Assembly: GCA_023920165.1 (NCBI GenBank)
Contig: CP089275.1
Span: forward strand, 4,402,001 to 4,466,000
DNA from: Curvularia clavata
Lineage: Eukaryota
Reading direction: 5' to 3'
DNA length: 64,000 nt
The translations under genes and the position numbers were made by a program. This document shows, piece by piece, positions 9,235 to 20,805 of this stretch (position 1 is its first letter; every line of letters starts with the position of its first letter). The notes beneath the pieces are model-generated. The model did not search any database. It was not told the DNA's origin and worked only from the letters and a program-made list of their open reading frames with translations.

Positions 9235-11045
9235 ATGCACCCGCCGCAACAACATGAGGCGGGGCCCCGGCCGGACTCGACGGCACCCCCAAAGCCCAAG
9301 TTGGACGCAGGCAACCAAGGCCACGACCACTACGCCCAGCGGCTGCCCAAATGGCGAAACTCGCTGCGAAACCGCCTCATCCCCATTGTGCGCTGGGAGA
9401 CGCCCTGGCTGGCGCTGCTGCAGGACAAGCTGCGCTCGCCCTTTCTCGATTCCTACTTTGCCTACACTGCCAACCTCGGCACCCACACCTTCTTCATGAT
9501 CTTCCTGCCCATCCAGTTCTGGTGCGGCTACACCAGCGTGGGCCGAGCGTATGTCGCGCCCTGTTGTCCTTGGCCGTGCTGCCATGTCTGACGTGCACAG
9601 GACTGTCTTCATGCTTGCCGCCGGCGTCTACTTCACCGGCTTCCTGAAGGACCTGCTCTGCTTACCTAGGCCGCTGTCGCCCCCTCTTGCCCGTATCTCC
9701 ATGTCTGGTTCCGCTGCGCTTGAATACGGATTTCCCTCGTCTCATTCGGCCAATGCTGTCTCCGTCGCCTTCTACGCCATTTACATGTTGCGCCAGTCTG
9801 CCCACGAAGGCGGCACCACTAACCTCAACACGGGCCTCCAAGCCCTCTTCTACTTCTACGCTTTGTCCATTATTGCCGGCCGCCTGTACTGCGGCATGCA
9901 CGGTTTCCTCGACGTCATAGTGGGCAGTGTCATGGGCGCGCTCATTACAGCATTTCAACTTGTATATGGCGACTGGATGGACTCTTGGGTCTTTAGCGGC
10001 AGTTCCCTGCATATCTTCGTCGCCACCCTGGTAGTCTGTGTTCTTGTCCGCGTCCACCCGGAGCCTGCCGATGACTGTCCTTGCTACGACGATAGTGTGT
10101 CGTTCGCTGGTGTCGTCATAGGTATCAACCTCGGTGCCTGGCACTATGCCCAAACTGGCTACGCCCTCCAAGATGCATATCCGTCTTCGGTTCCATTCAG
10201 CTTGGAGGAGATGGGATGGTTGAAAGCAACAATTCGCATCCTCTTGGGTGTTGTCGTCATCTTCGTTTGGAGGGCAACCATGAAGCCTGCCCTCTTCACC
10301 GTACTGCCTCCCATCTTCCGTTTGCTCGAGCAGGCTCGTTGGAATATGCCGCGCGCCTTCTTCTTGAACGCTTCCAAGTACAGTTCCATTAAACCGTTCG
10401 CGGATGACGATAATGTCATTCCGCCTGCCTCGGAGCTGCCGCACATGCTGAAGAACCTCGCCCACCCCCGTAAGCGATCTGTTTCAGTCGGCCCACAATC
10501 TGCCGCAGATGCATATGAGACGCTTGCATACCGCAACCGCCGGCGACGAGAAAGCGTTAATTCGTTGGATGGCGCTGTTCCAGAGAACTCTACCTGGGTC
10601 CCAAGCCCAGCACCTCTTGATACGCCCAACGCGGAGAAATCCGACCCGCTGCTTGGTGCTGGCCTCCTGCCAACACCAATGGCGTCTCGCGTACACTCGT
10701 ATGAGCAGATGATGGGCACTGGCAAAGTCCAACTACCCGAGAAGAGCACTATGACGCCGCCAGAGAGCGACACAGACGTTGCAGGCAATGTCTATGAAGT
10801 CACGCGGGAGCCAACCGAAGAGGAGAACGAGAAGCGCGAAATTTTCATGAAGCTAACGACGCCACGAGTACGTTACGACGTCGAGGTTGTAACAAAGTTG
10901 ATTGTTTACGCTGGTATGTCAAACGTGTCAAAAGAAGTAGCCCAAACGCACCTGCTAATGTACGTCAGGTATCGCATACATAGCTGTTGCAGGAAACCCT
11001 ATTTTGTTCGAGTTTCTGGGATTAGGCATGGGCATCGAGGCATAG
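9235..11045 (+). CDS. LCB3: Long-chain-base (dihydrosphingosine) 1-phosphate phosphatase, PAP2 family
   Basis: [39 protein letters not shown] and [14 protein letters not shown]. Introns ~9549-9600 and ~10914-10968. The last exon encodes [25 protein letters not shown]. Confidence 0.9.
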
Positions 11046-11541
11046 GTTTCGTGGCTCTCTTGTTCCGCTTTCCACTTTGTATATATACCAGTATTAATTT
11101 TTTGGTCCTAGATAGGATGCACCTAATAAAGTATTATTCCAGTGCATGATGTCCAAGGTACTCGCGCCAAAATCCACCAGCATAAATCGTGCCGGGAATT
11201 CAAGATTAAAAGACACGGGTCAAGCGGATTAGGGATGGCGGGTATGCGGAAAAGGGAAACGGGGGTAGTAGCTCAGCCGCCGAACTACTCCAGTGTCAGT
11301 AAGCATGGCGAATACAAAGGGACTTATCACCATAGCAGAACCACATCGGGAAATCTGTGATCCAACACCACCAAATCCCGATGGAGCGTCCGAATCGTTG
11401 TTCACTGCCTGGCCGCCTGAAACCCGCTTGCACTAGCATTCATTGACGTCATTGACTTGGCGATGCCTTGGTACAATATACCGTTTGCACAAGTACAACA
11501 GACTCAATCTATAGTAATAACACAGGTATAGACACGCCATT

Positions 11542-13119
11542 ATGTCGACAGATATCACTCAAAACCGTTCTGGTCTGAAAGAGTTTCTCGCCTCCATTGC
11601 AACCATCTCGGGGGACTTGTCGAACATCACTGCTCCACCATTTGTACTCGCTGACAATTCGACTGTGGAAATACCGCAGTACTGGGCAGACCATCCATAT
11701 CTATGGGCCGCCCCAGCAACTGAAGAAGACCCGGAAAAGCGGGCCCTCCTGGTACTAAAGAACTTTCTTGGCTCACTACGAGGCCAGCAGTATGGAGGTC
11801 GCAAGGAAGAGGATGGTGTGAAGAAGCCTCTGAACGCTTTTCTCGGCGAAATATTCCTTGGAAGCTGGAACACAGATGAATTCGGTGAGACAAGATTGGT
11901 CTCAGAGCAGGTTGGCCATCACCCTCCAGTGACCGCATGTTACCTGTGGAATAATCATGCTGGTATCCGGGCCGAAGGTTTCACAGAGCAGGAAATTACA
12001 TTTTCTGGAAATGTGGTTATCAAGCAAAAGGGCTATGCAATTGTCCATGTCGACAAGTATGACGAGGATTACCTGCTACCTTTGCCCAATATCAAGGTCA
12101 AGGGCCTGCTTAGTGGCGTTCCACATCCTGAACTCTACGGCGAATATTCGCTGATCTCTTCCAATGGGTACATATCTCACATACACTTTGAAGGCAAGTC
12201 CCTGCTTGGATCCGGCCAAAAGAACGGCTTTCATGCACGCTTCTTCCATAAGGACAACCCTTCTGATATCATCTACACTCTTGATGGCATATGGAGCAGT
12301 ACTTTTGTCATTAAAGACGCACGAAGCGACAAGGAGATTGAAACTGTTGACGTACGCACCATCAAACAACAACCCATGACTGTCCCCGACCTTGCCGATC
12401 AAGATCCGTGGGAATCCCGAAAAGCCTGGAAAGACGTCATTTCCGCACTGCGCAGAGGCGACATGAAGGGCGTTGCCAAAGCAAAGAGCGAACTCGAGAA
12501 CGGCCAAAGACGAATGCGCAAAGACGAGCAAGCAAAAGGCGAGACCTTCAGCCCTATCTTCTTCAAGCGGGTCGAAAAAGACCCCATATTCGAGAAATTG
12601 GTCCAGTACGACCCACAAGGGTACACTGTCGACCCCAAAGGCGGCATCTGGAAAGTTGACAAGGACGCCGCGGAGCACAAGTCGAGGCCCTTCCACGGCG
12701 ACCTTACACCCTCGAACTACCGAGGCATGAGTAGTGACGGTAGTGCGTCGCCGCCACCGCCACAGGGACCACAACAGCACCTAGATGCAAAAAACAACGA
12801 CTCCACGGAGAGCAAACCGCACTCTCCAAACGGTGGAGCAGAAGCTGTCTCGGATGCTAGCAGTCGTGGTCGACTAACGGCATCTACGGGACCGCGGTCG
12901 TCGCCGTCGTCCTCGGAAGCATCGCTTCGACCTGGTGCACCGCTAACACCACCCGCTCATAACGCTACGAGTGATAGTCCTCGTCGGCCGACCCAAAGCG
13001 CTTCTGCTAGTGCTGCTACTCCGACTGCCGAGACTAAGCAGAACCAGCGTCATCCTGTCGAGCCATCCGATCAACAAGTCGAAGATTTTCTACGAGCAAG
13101 AACAGGAAACGTGCATTGA
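11542..13119 (+). CDS. Oxysterol-binding protein, Kes1/Osh4-like
   Basis: GDLSNITAPPFVL, KKPLNAFLGE, the OSBP signature variant EQVGHHPP, ESRKAW and KSELENGQR. It ends in a long low-complexity S/P-rich tail. Confidence 0.9.
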   Translation: MSTDITQNRSGLKEFLASIATISGDLSNITAPPFVLADNSTVEIPQYWADHPYLWAAPATEEDPEKRALLVLKNFLGSLRGQQYGGRKEEDGVKKPLNAFLGEIFLGSWNTDEFGETRLVSEQVGHHPPVTACYLWNNHAGIRAEGFTEQEITFSGNVVIKQKGYAIVHVDKYDEDYLLPLPNIKVKGLLSGVPHPELYGEYSLISSNGYISHIHFEGKSLLGSGQKNGFHARFFHKDNPSDIIYTLDGIWSSTFVIKDARSDKEIETVDVRTIKQQPMTVPDLADQDPWESRKAWKDVISALRRGDMKGVAKAKSELENGQRRMRKDEQAKGETFSPIFFKRVEKDPIFEKLVQYDPQGYTVDPKGGIWKVDKDAAEHKSRPFHGDLTPSNYRGMSSDGSASPPPPQGPQQHLDAKNNDSTESKPHSPNGGAEAVSDASSRGRLTASTGPRSSPSSSEASLRPGAPLTPPAHNATSDSPRRPTQSASASAATPTAETKQNQRHPVEPSDQQVEDFLRARTGNVH

Positions 13120-13967
13120 GCTTTTTTTTACGCCACCATGTCACTGCACTTGTCTGTGGCTGAAATTTGGGTTTGTTGTACTCATATGTAAAGTCAAAAT
13201 CGTTCGAGATCTCGCAATCATGACAACGACTAGTCTCTTGCACACTAAGACTAAAATGTGAAATATGGGCCCATAAGGCACACCAATAACAATTTACCCA
13301 CCACCCACCATCCACTACCCACCAAACCCCCTAAACTGGCGCTGAATCCTAATTCATATGCCGTTTTCGCCGCCGCCCCGTCCCCGTCTACACCTAGCGT
13401 GCGGACACCGGGTATCATTTCCTTCAATGACAAAACAAACACAGATGAGGCGTGCAGGAATCAGGGTCCAGACTGGTATCCTCTTTTTTTCTTCGCCTTC
13501 CCGTGGCGTCCGAAGGCTGGTTTTCCCAGTCAAATCGGAGGGTTTTGTTCTTTTGCGTTCAGGGTACACGGGAGCCGCCGCGACGTTGAGTCCTTTTTTC
13601 CTGTCCGTCTCTTTTTGGCCTTTGTCTTGCCGTGTTTTCTTTTGGGAATAGCCTCTTTCCAAAACGTGTTGCGCGGCACTGCTAGGATGTCCTTGCACCG
13701 CATCCTTCTCGTATCGATCGAGCTGAGTCCGTAGAAATTCGTCCATGACGTTCAACAGAGAAAAGTGATTGAGATGAATATATGTTTGTATTATCTTTAT
13801 GCTGTGTCTCTATCTAGACAGAAGATGTGTGTATTATCGTAGAAAAGTAAGGTTCAATTCTATAAGCGCTTTCGTGTCTGTCATTATCAGATCAAAATAC
13901 TCCGATTAGACGCTCTCCCTTTTTTTTGGTCTTTTATTCTTTTACTTTTGTTCTTTTATTTTTGTCA

Positions 13968-15300
13968 TCATCGCCTCTCGTGCTTTTGGTTGATGTGTGT
14001 CTCCATAGTGATCTCACCGACGCGGCATTCCTCATCCGATACTTTGCTTCCACCACCTTTTATCCGCCATGTGCTGAACACCTTGTCACCCTTCTCGTGC
14101 TCTGCAGAGAGGTCGTCTCGTAATCGTATGGGCGCCAGATTTCCCATGCCGTAGTCTGAGTCAATCTCCTTTGGCGCAGACCCATTTTCGGGTTGGAAAA
14201 GGGATTTGAATGAGTCCACAAAGGTAAGCTTCTTGCGTTCCTCTTGAGCTGTTGGGTCTCCGTTCCACTGTGGCGTGCGCATGCCTGAGGGGTTCGAAGG
14301 GCCGTTCGTTGATAAGAAGCCGAGGCTCGCGGAGATTTGTCGCCAAAGGGGGCGCAGAGTGGCGAGGGAACCAGCAGTGATGGCCAGACCTTGCTCGATG
14401 TCAGACCAGATGGCAATGTCCACTGTCGCCCACAGGAAGTCTGGATCTTTGAAGTCCATGACATAGCCCATTCGGACAACGACTGCTACACTAGCACTAT
14501 GTAACTGTCAGTAACTGTGAGTCAGTGGCGGAGTGTATTCTACTCACACACAAGCCATTCCCAAAATCGGGATCAACAAGGCCCGAGTCTTGAGAGACAT
14601 GTTCAATCCCCAGATGAGGAAAAATGGCAGGATAGCAAATGTGAAGTCACTAATAACCGAAATGGCGCTGTACAAGAAAGTGAGGCCAATAATGATGTCC
14701 ACATTGACGCAGTAGCCGCCCTTGATTGTTCTGTCCCAGAAGAAGGCGATGGGTGTGCATTGGAATAGTGTGACGAAGAAGAATACCAGTCCAGTGAGAA
14801 CGGTGAGGCCCATTGCGATAAAGATGATCCATTTGTGCATTTTCTTGACGGTGACGCGGAGGAGGAAGAGACCAATGGAGATCTTGGATGTGATCATAGC
14901 CCAGCAATAGGCAATGTAGCATAGCCACCAGTACTGTGTCTCTTGTTAGTCTGGAGTGGTTTTAAACTACAAGTTCGAGGGCTTACCCGAAGAGCCTTGT
15001 ACTGCTGTTCACCTGAGAGAGCAGCCATATGCCGCCCAGTACCATAGTGAATACCGCCAATTGCACATGTTGCAAACATGACATGGAAGCATAGTGCAGC
15101 CACCATCCACCAGTCGTCCGCACCGAAAGCCTTGACAATGCGTGTTCGTGTGTAAACCCTCAAGACAGTGGCTACAAAGGCCAAGGAAACGAATGTCGAG
15201 CAAACCTGCCATCATCAGTCCCATACAAACTGAGTCCATCTTCACTGACTCAACATACCGCCTGGAGCTCCGGTCCCCTGTTGTCGTAAAGTGAAGCCAT
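13968..15300 (-). CDS. Pth11-like (fungal rhodopsin-domain) 7-TM integral membrane protein lacking CFEM
   Basis: MASLYDNRGPELQA / VLRVYTRTRIVKAFGADDW / GTGRH / SKISIGLFLLR / FQCTPIAFFWD / DFTFAILP / IWSDIEQGLAITAGSLATLRPL. Three GT-AG introns. Confidence 0.88.
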
Positions 15301-16520
15301 GGTGCTGGCGCAACGTCGGGAAAATCTGGTTCAGATCCAAGGATCCATGGAACCTGGCGAACTCATGCTCCATATATTCCCATACCGGACCCTTGGGTGT
15401 CAATCAAGATCGAGTCAAACTGGTCGCTTAACGAGCTTCGATTGAATAGGTGCCCAGGGGAAGGCGGCCCAGGGCGCTAGCCTACGACACGGGAGGGGGG
15501 CACTACACCCCGGCCCACGACATGCTGTATGGCCCGTGGCTTATTCAATGCTGATCTAACAGCCCATGCGTGGCACGAGGGACCAGGGATTATCACGTTG
15601 CGTGTCCCAGCGTTCGTGCGAGCAAGTACCCGCATTAACCGTGTCTAGGCCTAATGAGGCGAATGCTCGCAATGGATGGGGGGTCGCAATTTTGCGTACA
15701 AGGGGACATATACCATGAGGATACAAAAGATAGGTTTCAATAACGTGCAATCTACTGGTCGAACTACGGCTGTCAGAGACTTCGCTCCAAGTGCGGCCGC
15801 CTCGCATGTCTAGTTGCAGTATCCTAAAGGTGGGTGGCTTGCTGTGGAGCCTCATTCTTCCGTATGACAGACAGGGCAAGGGATCCGCATTTCCTAGGAA
15901 CTGCCGGCGAAGAGGTGCATGGCCGTCGACACTGTGTAGGGACGATATTTCCGCTAGAAGAGCTAAGCGAGCGCATCTAACGCAATGGCGGCAAGCAACG
16001 TGGGAGTTGCAGGGATCCAAAGTCGGCGACCATGGTCCCAGGTCAGCCGCGGATCGTGAAACACGTCCCCAAGTGCCGGAGCGTTGATCGATATGATTGG
16101 GCGAGAGAACACGGCTCAGGGACAGGGTCTTTTCTAGGCCTCCCTATCCTCGGCTAGACCAAGTCGCGAACGGGCTATTGTTCAAATTACTCGTTGGCCT
16201 CTCAACGCCTTCGGAGTATGACTCCGACGTGTCCGTGTGGTTGCTGCCAGCGTACCTACCAAATAGAGTGTAAGGGGAACCATGTTGACAGCTCGGTACG
16301 CCTCAACAGTCATTCGACAGGATGATTGACCCGACATGACATCGAGCCAAACTCTCTCCAAACCATGGATTAAGCCAACTATGCCCCGCTCACACCGCAT
16401 AAGAATGCTTTACGGCCCATGTTGCTGGGAGATCGCCCTTCAACACGAGTCGAGCAGCGACGGAAGCAATCATGCGGCTGTCGACGATCGTTGCATCCGG
16501 TCCCAACACCATCTTACCCA

Positions 16521-18309
16521 CTATGCGTTCCTACTACGCCGACAGTAGCAGCTGGCATCGACAGTTACATCTGCTACAGCAAGCGCGATCCGCAACTGCT
16601 GCCCAACGATCCCTGCTTCGTCGATTTTACCCATCTTTAAAAGACACTCGTGATAGCCGTGTAAGGCCCAGACGTTGTTAGGATGCTGCCTTGCTCTTGG
16701 AAGGGAGTCGTCGAACCCCAGATCAGCCTTGTAGGCGGCTGCCGCATCTTGTATTCGGCCCTGTTCCATCAACAAAGCCGCGTACGCATGTCTGGTTGGC
16801 TGCATCCATGGCCACGGCTCGGCACTAGATAAATCCAACATCAGTACTGTATATACACGTCTCATAGACGTAACAGAATACGTACTATGTGAGCGCATCG
16901 TCTCGTTCAATTGCGGTTTCGAGGTGCTTGAAGGCCGCCTCGTAGTTGCCCTTGCGATACTCAAGCTCGCCCTCGAGCATCGCCAGACCGACCTTCAGCA
17001 CCACATTGGATTTGTTTGGAAAGTCCCCGCAAATCCGGGACGACGGTATCCGCCCTATCGCCTCATCCAGGGCGGCAAGTTCCTTCTGGGCATTCTCTAT
17101 ATGGCCAGTAGCGGCATAAGCAACTCCTTTGCCGTAATGAATCATTGCAGTCGTCACGCAATGCAAACTAGTGTCCTGAGGCATCGGAAGCGCGATGAGA
17201 TCCCCCCATCGTCCAAAGCGCACCAGAACATGGATACGTACCGATGAGAAGTTCTCAAGCCAATCTGCCATTGGTGGACTTTCAACACGCAGGAGGGACA
17301 CGGGTAATGAGGCTTCCATACGGTCAACCGCGTCCAGAGCAACTCTGGATTGCCCTGCAAACATTGCTGCATAAATGAGCGAGTGATAGTCGTGCATCAT
17401 GTAAAAGGAGTAGAAGTTCTGCGTCCCGTGTTGGGCAACAAACTTCTCGTCCGCCAAGCATGCGTCGATGTTCGAGTCAATAGCACGCCCATAGTCACCA
17501 GCTAAGATCCATATGTGGCTTGGCATATGAACCAAATGACCCGCGTCTGGGGTAAGCTTTCTCAGACGATCTGCGCAGGCCAATGCCGCTTCTGGGGTCC
17601 TTGACATTTCCATCAGATGGATGTACAGATGTAGAATCCCTGGGTGTTGGTAAGCACTATCTTGTCGCAGTGCTTTTTCGAGTATGGTCTTGGCCTCTGG
17701 TGAACGGGATCCAGGGGTGGGTTCGCCAGTCTTGAGGTCCCACAAATTCCATGCTGAGAGGTTCATGAGAGAGTCGGCGTAGAGAGAGGTGATGTCGAGG
17801 TCATCGGGAAACCGTCTGTATACGTCTTCCATGGCTTTCGCATATTCTTCGTTACAAGCACGGAACGCAGGTTCGCTAAGGTTCTTGGGAACCCGTACTT
17901 GGATTGCGTTGATCATAGCCCTTTCGGCATCTGTCATGCCCTCTGCGTACTGTTTAGCCTTTCGGTTTGCTTCGTTTATTTTGTCTAGTGTGGCCTTCAA
18001 TTCCCTCTCATCAAACAAATCCCAAGGTTTGTTGTAATTCGGACCGAGAGCGAAAGCAAGCTGCGACGATCAGCTACCATCCCGTGCGCCATCTCGAGGC
18101 CGAAGTGCTATACATACTCCCCAATATGCCATAGCGCAATGTGGGTCTTCGTGTATCGCCCTCTCGAAGCATCGGACTGACTCTTCGTGGTTAAACGCAT
18201 AGCTCCACACAAAGCCGCGATCCCACCATGTCTGTGCGTGGGAACTGGATGTGGTGACTTTGCGATGAAAAGAGCCTAGGTCGTATGGATAGGAGCTTGG
18301 CTTATCCAT
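16521..18309 (-). CDS. TPR-domain protein (conserved uncharacterised fungal/bacterial family)
   Basis: YDLGSFHRKVTTSS..AQTWWDRGFVWSYAFNHEES, HPGILHLYIHLMEMS, PDAGHLVHMPSHI, AEPWPWMQPTRHA and HPNNVWALHG. Two introns (~18061-18117, ~16827-16884). Confidence 0.85.
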
Positions 18310-19376
18310 TTTGGCTAATGTTGGAATGCTAGATACGTCTTCAAAAGTGAGAGGTTGGTGTTTGCTAGACACTTGGCCCCTTGGAGTGGAGTGGGGGAAG
18401 TCAAATGCAGGTCCCCGCACTGCTAACTTCACTCCTAGCCCAGTCTAGCCTCATAGAGGCAGGCCAACTGGATCCGTCGCGTTCTCTTGCCGTGGCGTGT
18501 ACACGCCAGCTTGCATGTTGTTTTTGTTGAGTGTAACGTCTATTTGAACATTACATCTGTTTTTGCGATCTGCAGTCTCGCGTACGGTAGGTATGTAGAT
18601 CACGGGTGGTCTCACCAACCTCACCGACTATTCCTTTCACCGACGCATGGGCGAGGTGAGTTGTGCTGAGATGGTGTAGGTTTGCCCGACTTATGCAGTC
18701 TGTGAAATTTGTCCTTACTTTGACAAGACTTGGAGTCTTTGTTTGCATGTTGGCCGTCTCCCGACACGAGACCCTCTGCCCAAGAGCATTATCTCCAGCA
18801 ATACTATACAGGGTTGACGATAGACCTTCAACCCCATCATTTTCCAGGCTTTAGAACACACGGCTAAAACGAGAATTTATACAACAAGCCTCATATATCC
18901 AGCATTCTGTCTCCTGGTGTGCACAAATCTGGCGCAATGAGGATAACAGCAATAACATAATCACTCAATATGTAGTTCAGCGTTACTTGATGGAGTAGTG
19001 CGTTTTATTTCTTTCCTCGGAACTCCACTCTCAGCAGCATGGATCTTTGCTACAGCTAGCTGACGACTTATCCGTGAATAGTTTCTAGTTGAAAACCCAG
19101 ACGTGTAGCTTCAAATGTTGATTCAGACGGCCCTTCTGGAAAACGTCCTCATTCTAGCTGACTGCAACATCAATTTCGAAACGGAGACCACCACTAGTGA
19201 GACGTTATTTAACATGCGTCGGTGAGTAGTAGTGCTCACGAAAGACCCCGCTAGCAGTTCGTTACGTCACCCCACTTTATCCCGATCGCAAGAACGACTC
19301 ATCAGTCCACCGAGTCACGCGGTGTGAACAAAAATCTCGTGATAGCTTCACCCTCGCATCTTTTTAGAACCACTCA

Positions 19377-20231
19377 ATGCTGGCAACTCGGATACAAAAA
19401 GCCTTCACAAATCGAGCAACAATCTCCACAAAAAGAGTCATCAGCCTCTGCAACAAGCAACCCACGCTTCAACAGCATCGATTCTACATCAGTAACCATA
19501 GCAACAACAGCAAAATGCTGCACTCAGCCACCGAAACCGCGAAAAAGATTTTCGCCCCAACATCCAATTCCGACGACCCAGGCCACGCAACACAATACAC
19601 TAAAGGCGCTCTCGACCGCAACGACCTGCTCCCCTCTCCAACCGACCAATTCCACAAATGGTTCCAAGAAGCCCAATCCAACAACGTCTACCAACCAGAA
19701 ACCGTCACCTTCTCCACCGCCGAGCTGCCCAGCGGCCGAGTGTCCGCACGCGTCGTGTACATGAAAGAGCTGGATGACCGGGGCTTCGTCATCTACTCCA
19801 ATTGGGACACGAGTCGCAAGGCTAGCGACGTACGCAGCAATCCGCATGCGGCGCTGACTTTTTACTGGCGCGAGCTCGAGCGCCAGGTGCGTGTTGAAGG
19901 CCGCACTGAGCGCCTTACCTCGGAGGAATCTCAGGTCTACTACGATACGCGCATTCGCGGCAGTCGCATCGGGGCATGGGCTAGTCAGCAGAGTAGTGTT
20001 ATTGAGAGTAGAGAGGAGCTGGAGAAGAGGGTGGACGAGGTGGAGAAGAGGTTTGAGGGCAAGGACAAGATTCCTGTGCCAGAGTTTTGGGGTGGCCTGA
20101 GGGTTGTGCCGGAGACGGTCGAGTTTTGGCAGGGAAGACCCAGTCGGTTGCATGATCGGTTTGTGTATAGGAAGGTTGGCGGAGAGGGTATCAAGGAGGC
20201 GGAGTGGAAGATTGAGAGATTGAGTCCTTAG
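19377..20231 (+). CDS. PDX3: Pyridoxine/pyridoxamine 5'-phosphate oxidase
   Basis: SARVVYMKE, SRKA, LTFYWRELERQVRVEG, SRIGAWASQQS, EFWQGRPSRLHDR and terminal RLSP. Second in-frame ATG at 19515. Confidence 0.95.
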   Translation: MLATRIQKAFTNRATISTKRVISLCNKQPTLQQHRFYISNHSNNSKMLHSATETAKKIFAPTSNSDDPGHATQYTKGALDRNDLLPSPTDQFHKWFQEAQSNNVYQPETVTFSTAELPSGRVSARVVYMKELDDRGFVIYSNWDTSRKASDVRSNPHAALTFYWRELERQVRVEGRTERLTSEESQVYYDTRIRGSRIGAWASQQSSVIESREELEKRVDEVEKRFEGKDKIPVPEFWGGLRVVPETVEFWQGRPSRLHDRFVYRKVGGEGIKEAEWKIERLSP

Positions 20232-20805
20232 GTTCTTTGCATTCATCATGTATTTTGCTCGTCTGGGTGAAATCTATATTGCTATCACTCTCCGTCCTCA
20301 AAACCCAGCTTATAGTAGGCAACAACTTTACATGCTTAAGTAATACGGAGATTGTTCTACCTAAAGGAAGGTTATCAAATATCCACTCCAGAGCCACGCA
20401 AGATCATGTAACCCCTAAGTCTGGTCATCGCTACGGCGAGCACGTCATTTGGGAACACATAGGACCAATTACTTTGCTGAGATGCTTAGTAACAATGACA
20501 TGCAGTTCAATTTCTTTTTTCCTTTGTGAGAAACTCTCTGAGAACAGATGGTCTTGCTCTTCTCTTGTGATGAATATCTTCTGCAATTGCTCATTTTATT
20601 GCACCCCTGAAACCATCAATGAAGGTCACATAACAACGCCACGATCTCTTTTGGTAGCCTTGAGTAAGCTTCAAATGTTTATGCACCAAGACCTAAGAAA
20701 ATAAGAAAAGAGAAATTGGTCATTCCTATTCAAAAATCCGGAAACTGGATATGACCCGAAAAATGTAAAAAGGCTCTAATTGGTATCCGTCAAATGCCGT
20801 TGGGC

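Noticed and set aside
8471..9647. Multiple long overlapping ORFs (186-273 aa) across the RHO4/LCB3 divergent promoter
   Set aside because: Explained by high GC content and shadows of the two real genes.
13258..13755. Overlapping ORFs of 133-158 aa between the OSBP and Pth11-like genes
   Set aside because: No recognisable motifs and T/A-run-rich sequence. Most likely convergent 3' UTRs.
20567..20610. GTGATGA...CTGA box C/D-like pair (a similar one at ~46060-46088)
   Set aside because: Too short (<45 nt), with no recognisable rRNA or snRNA antisense element.
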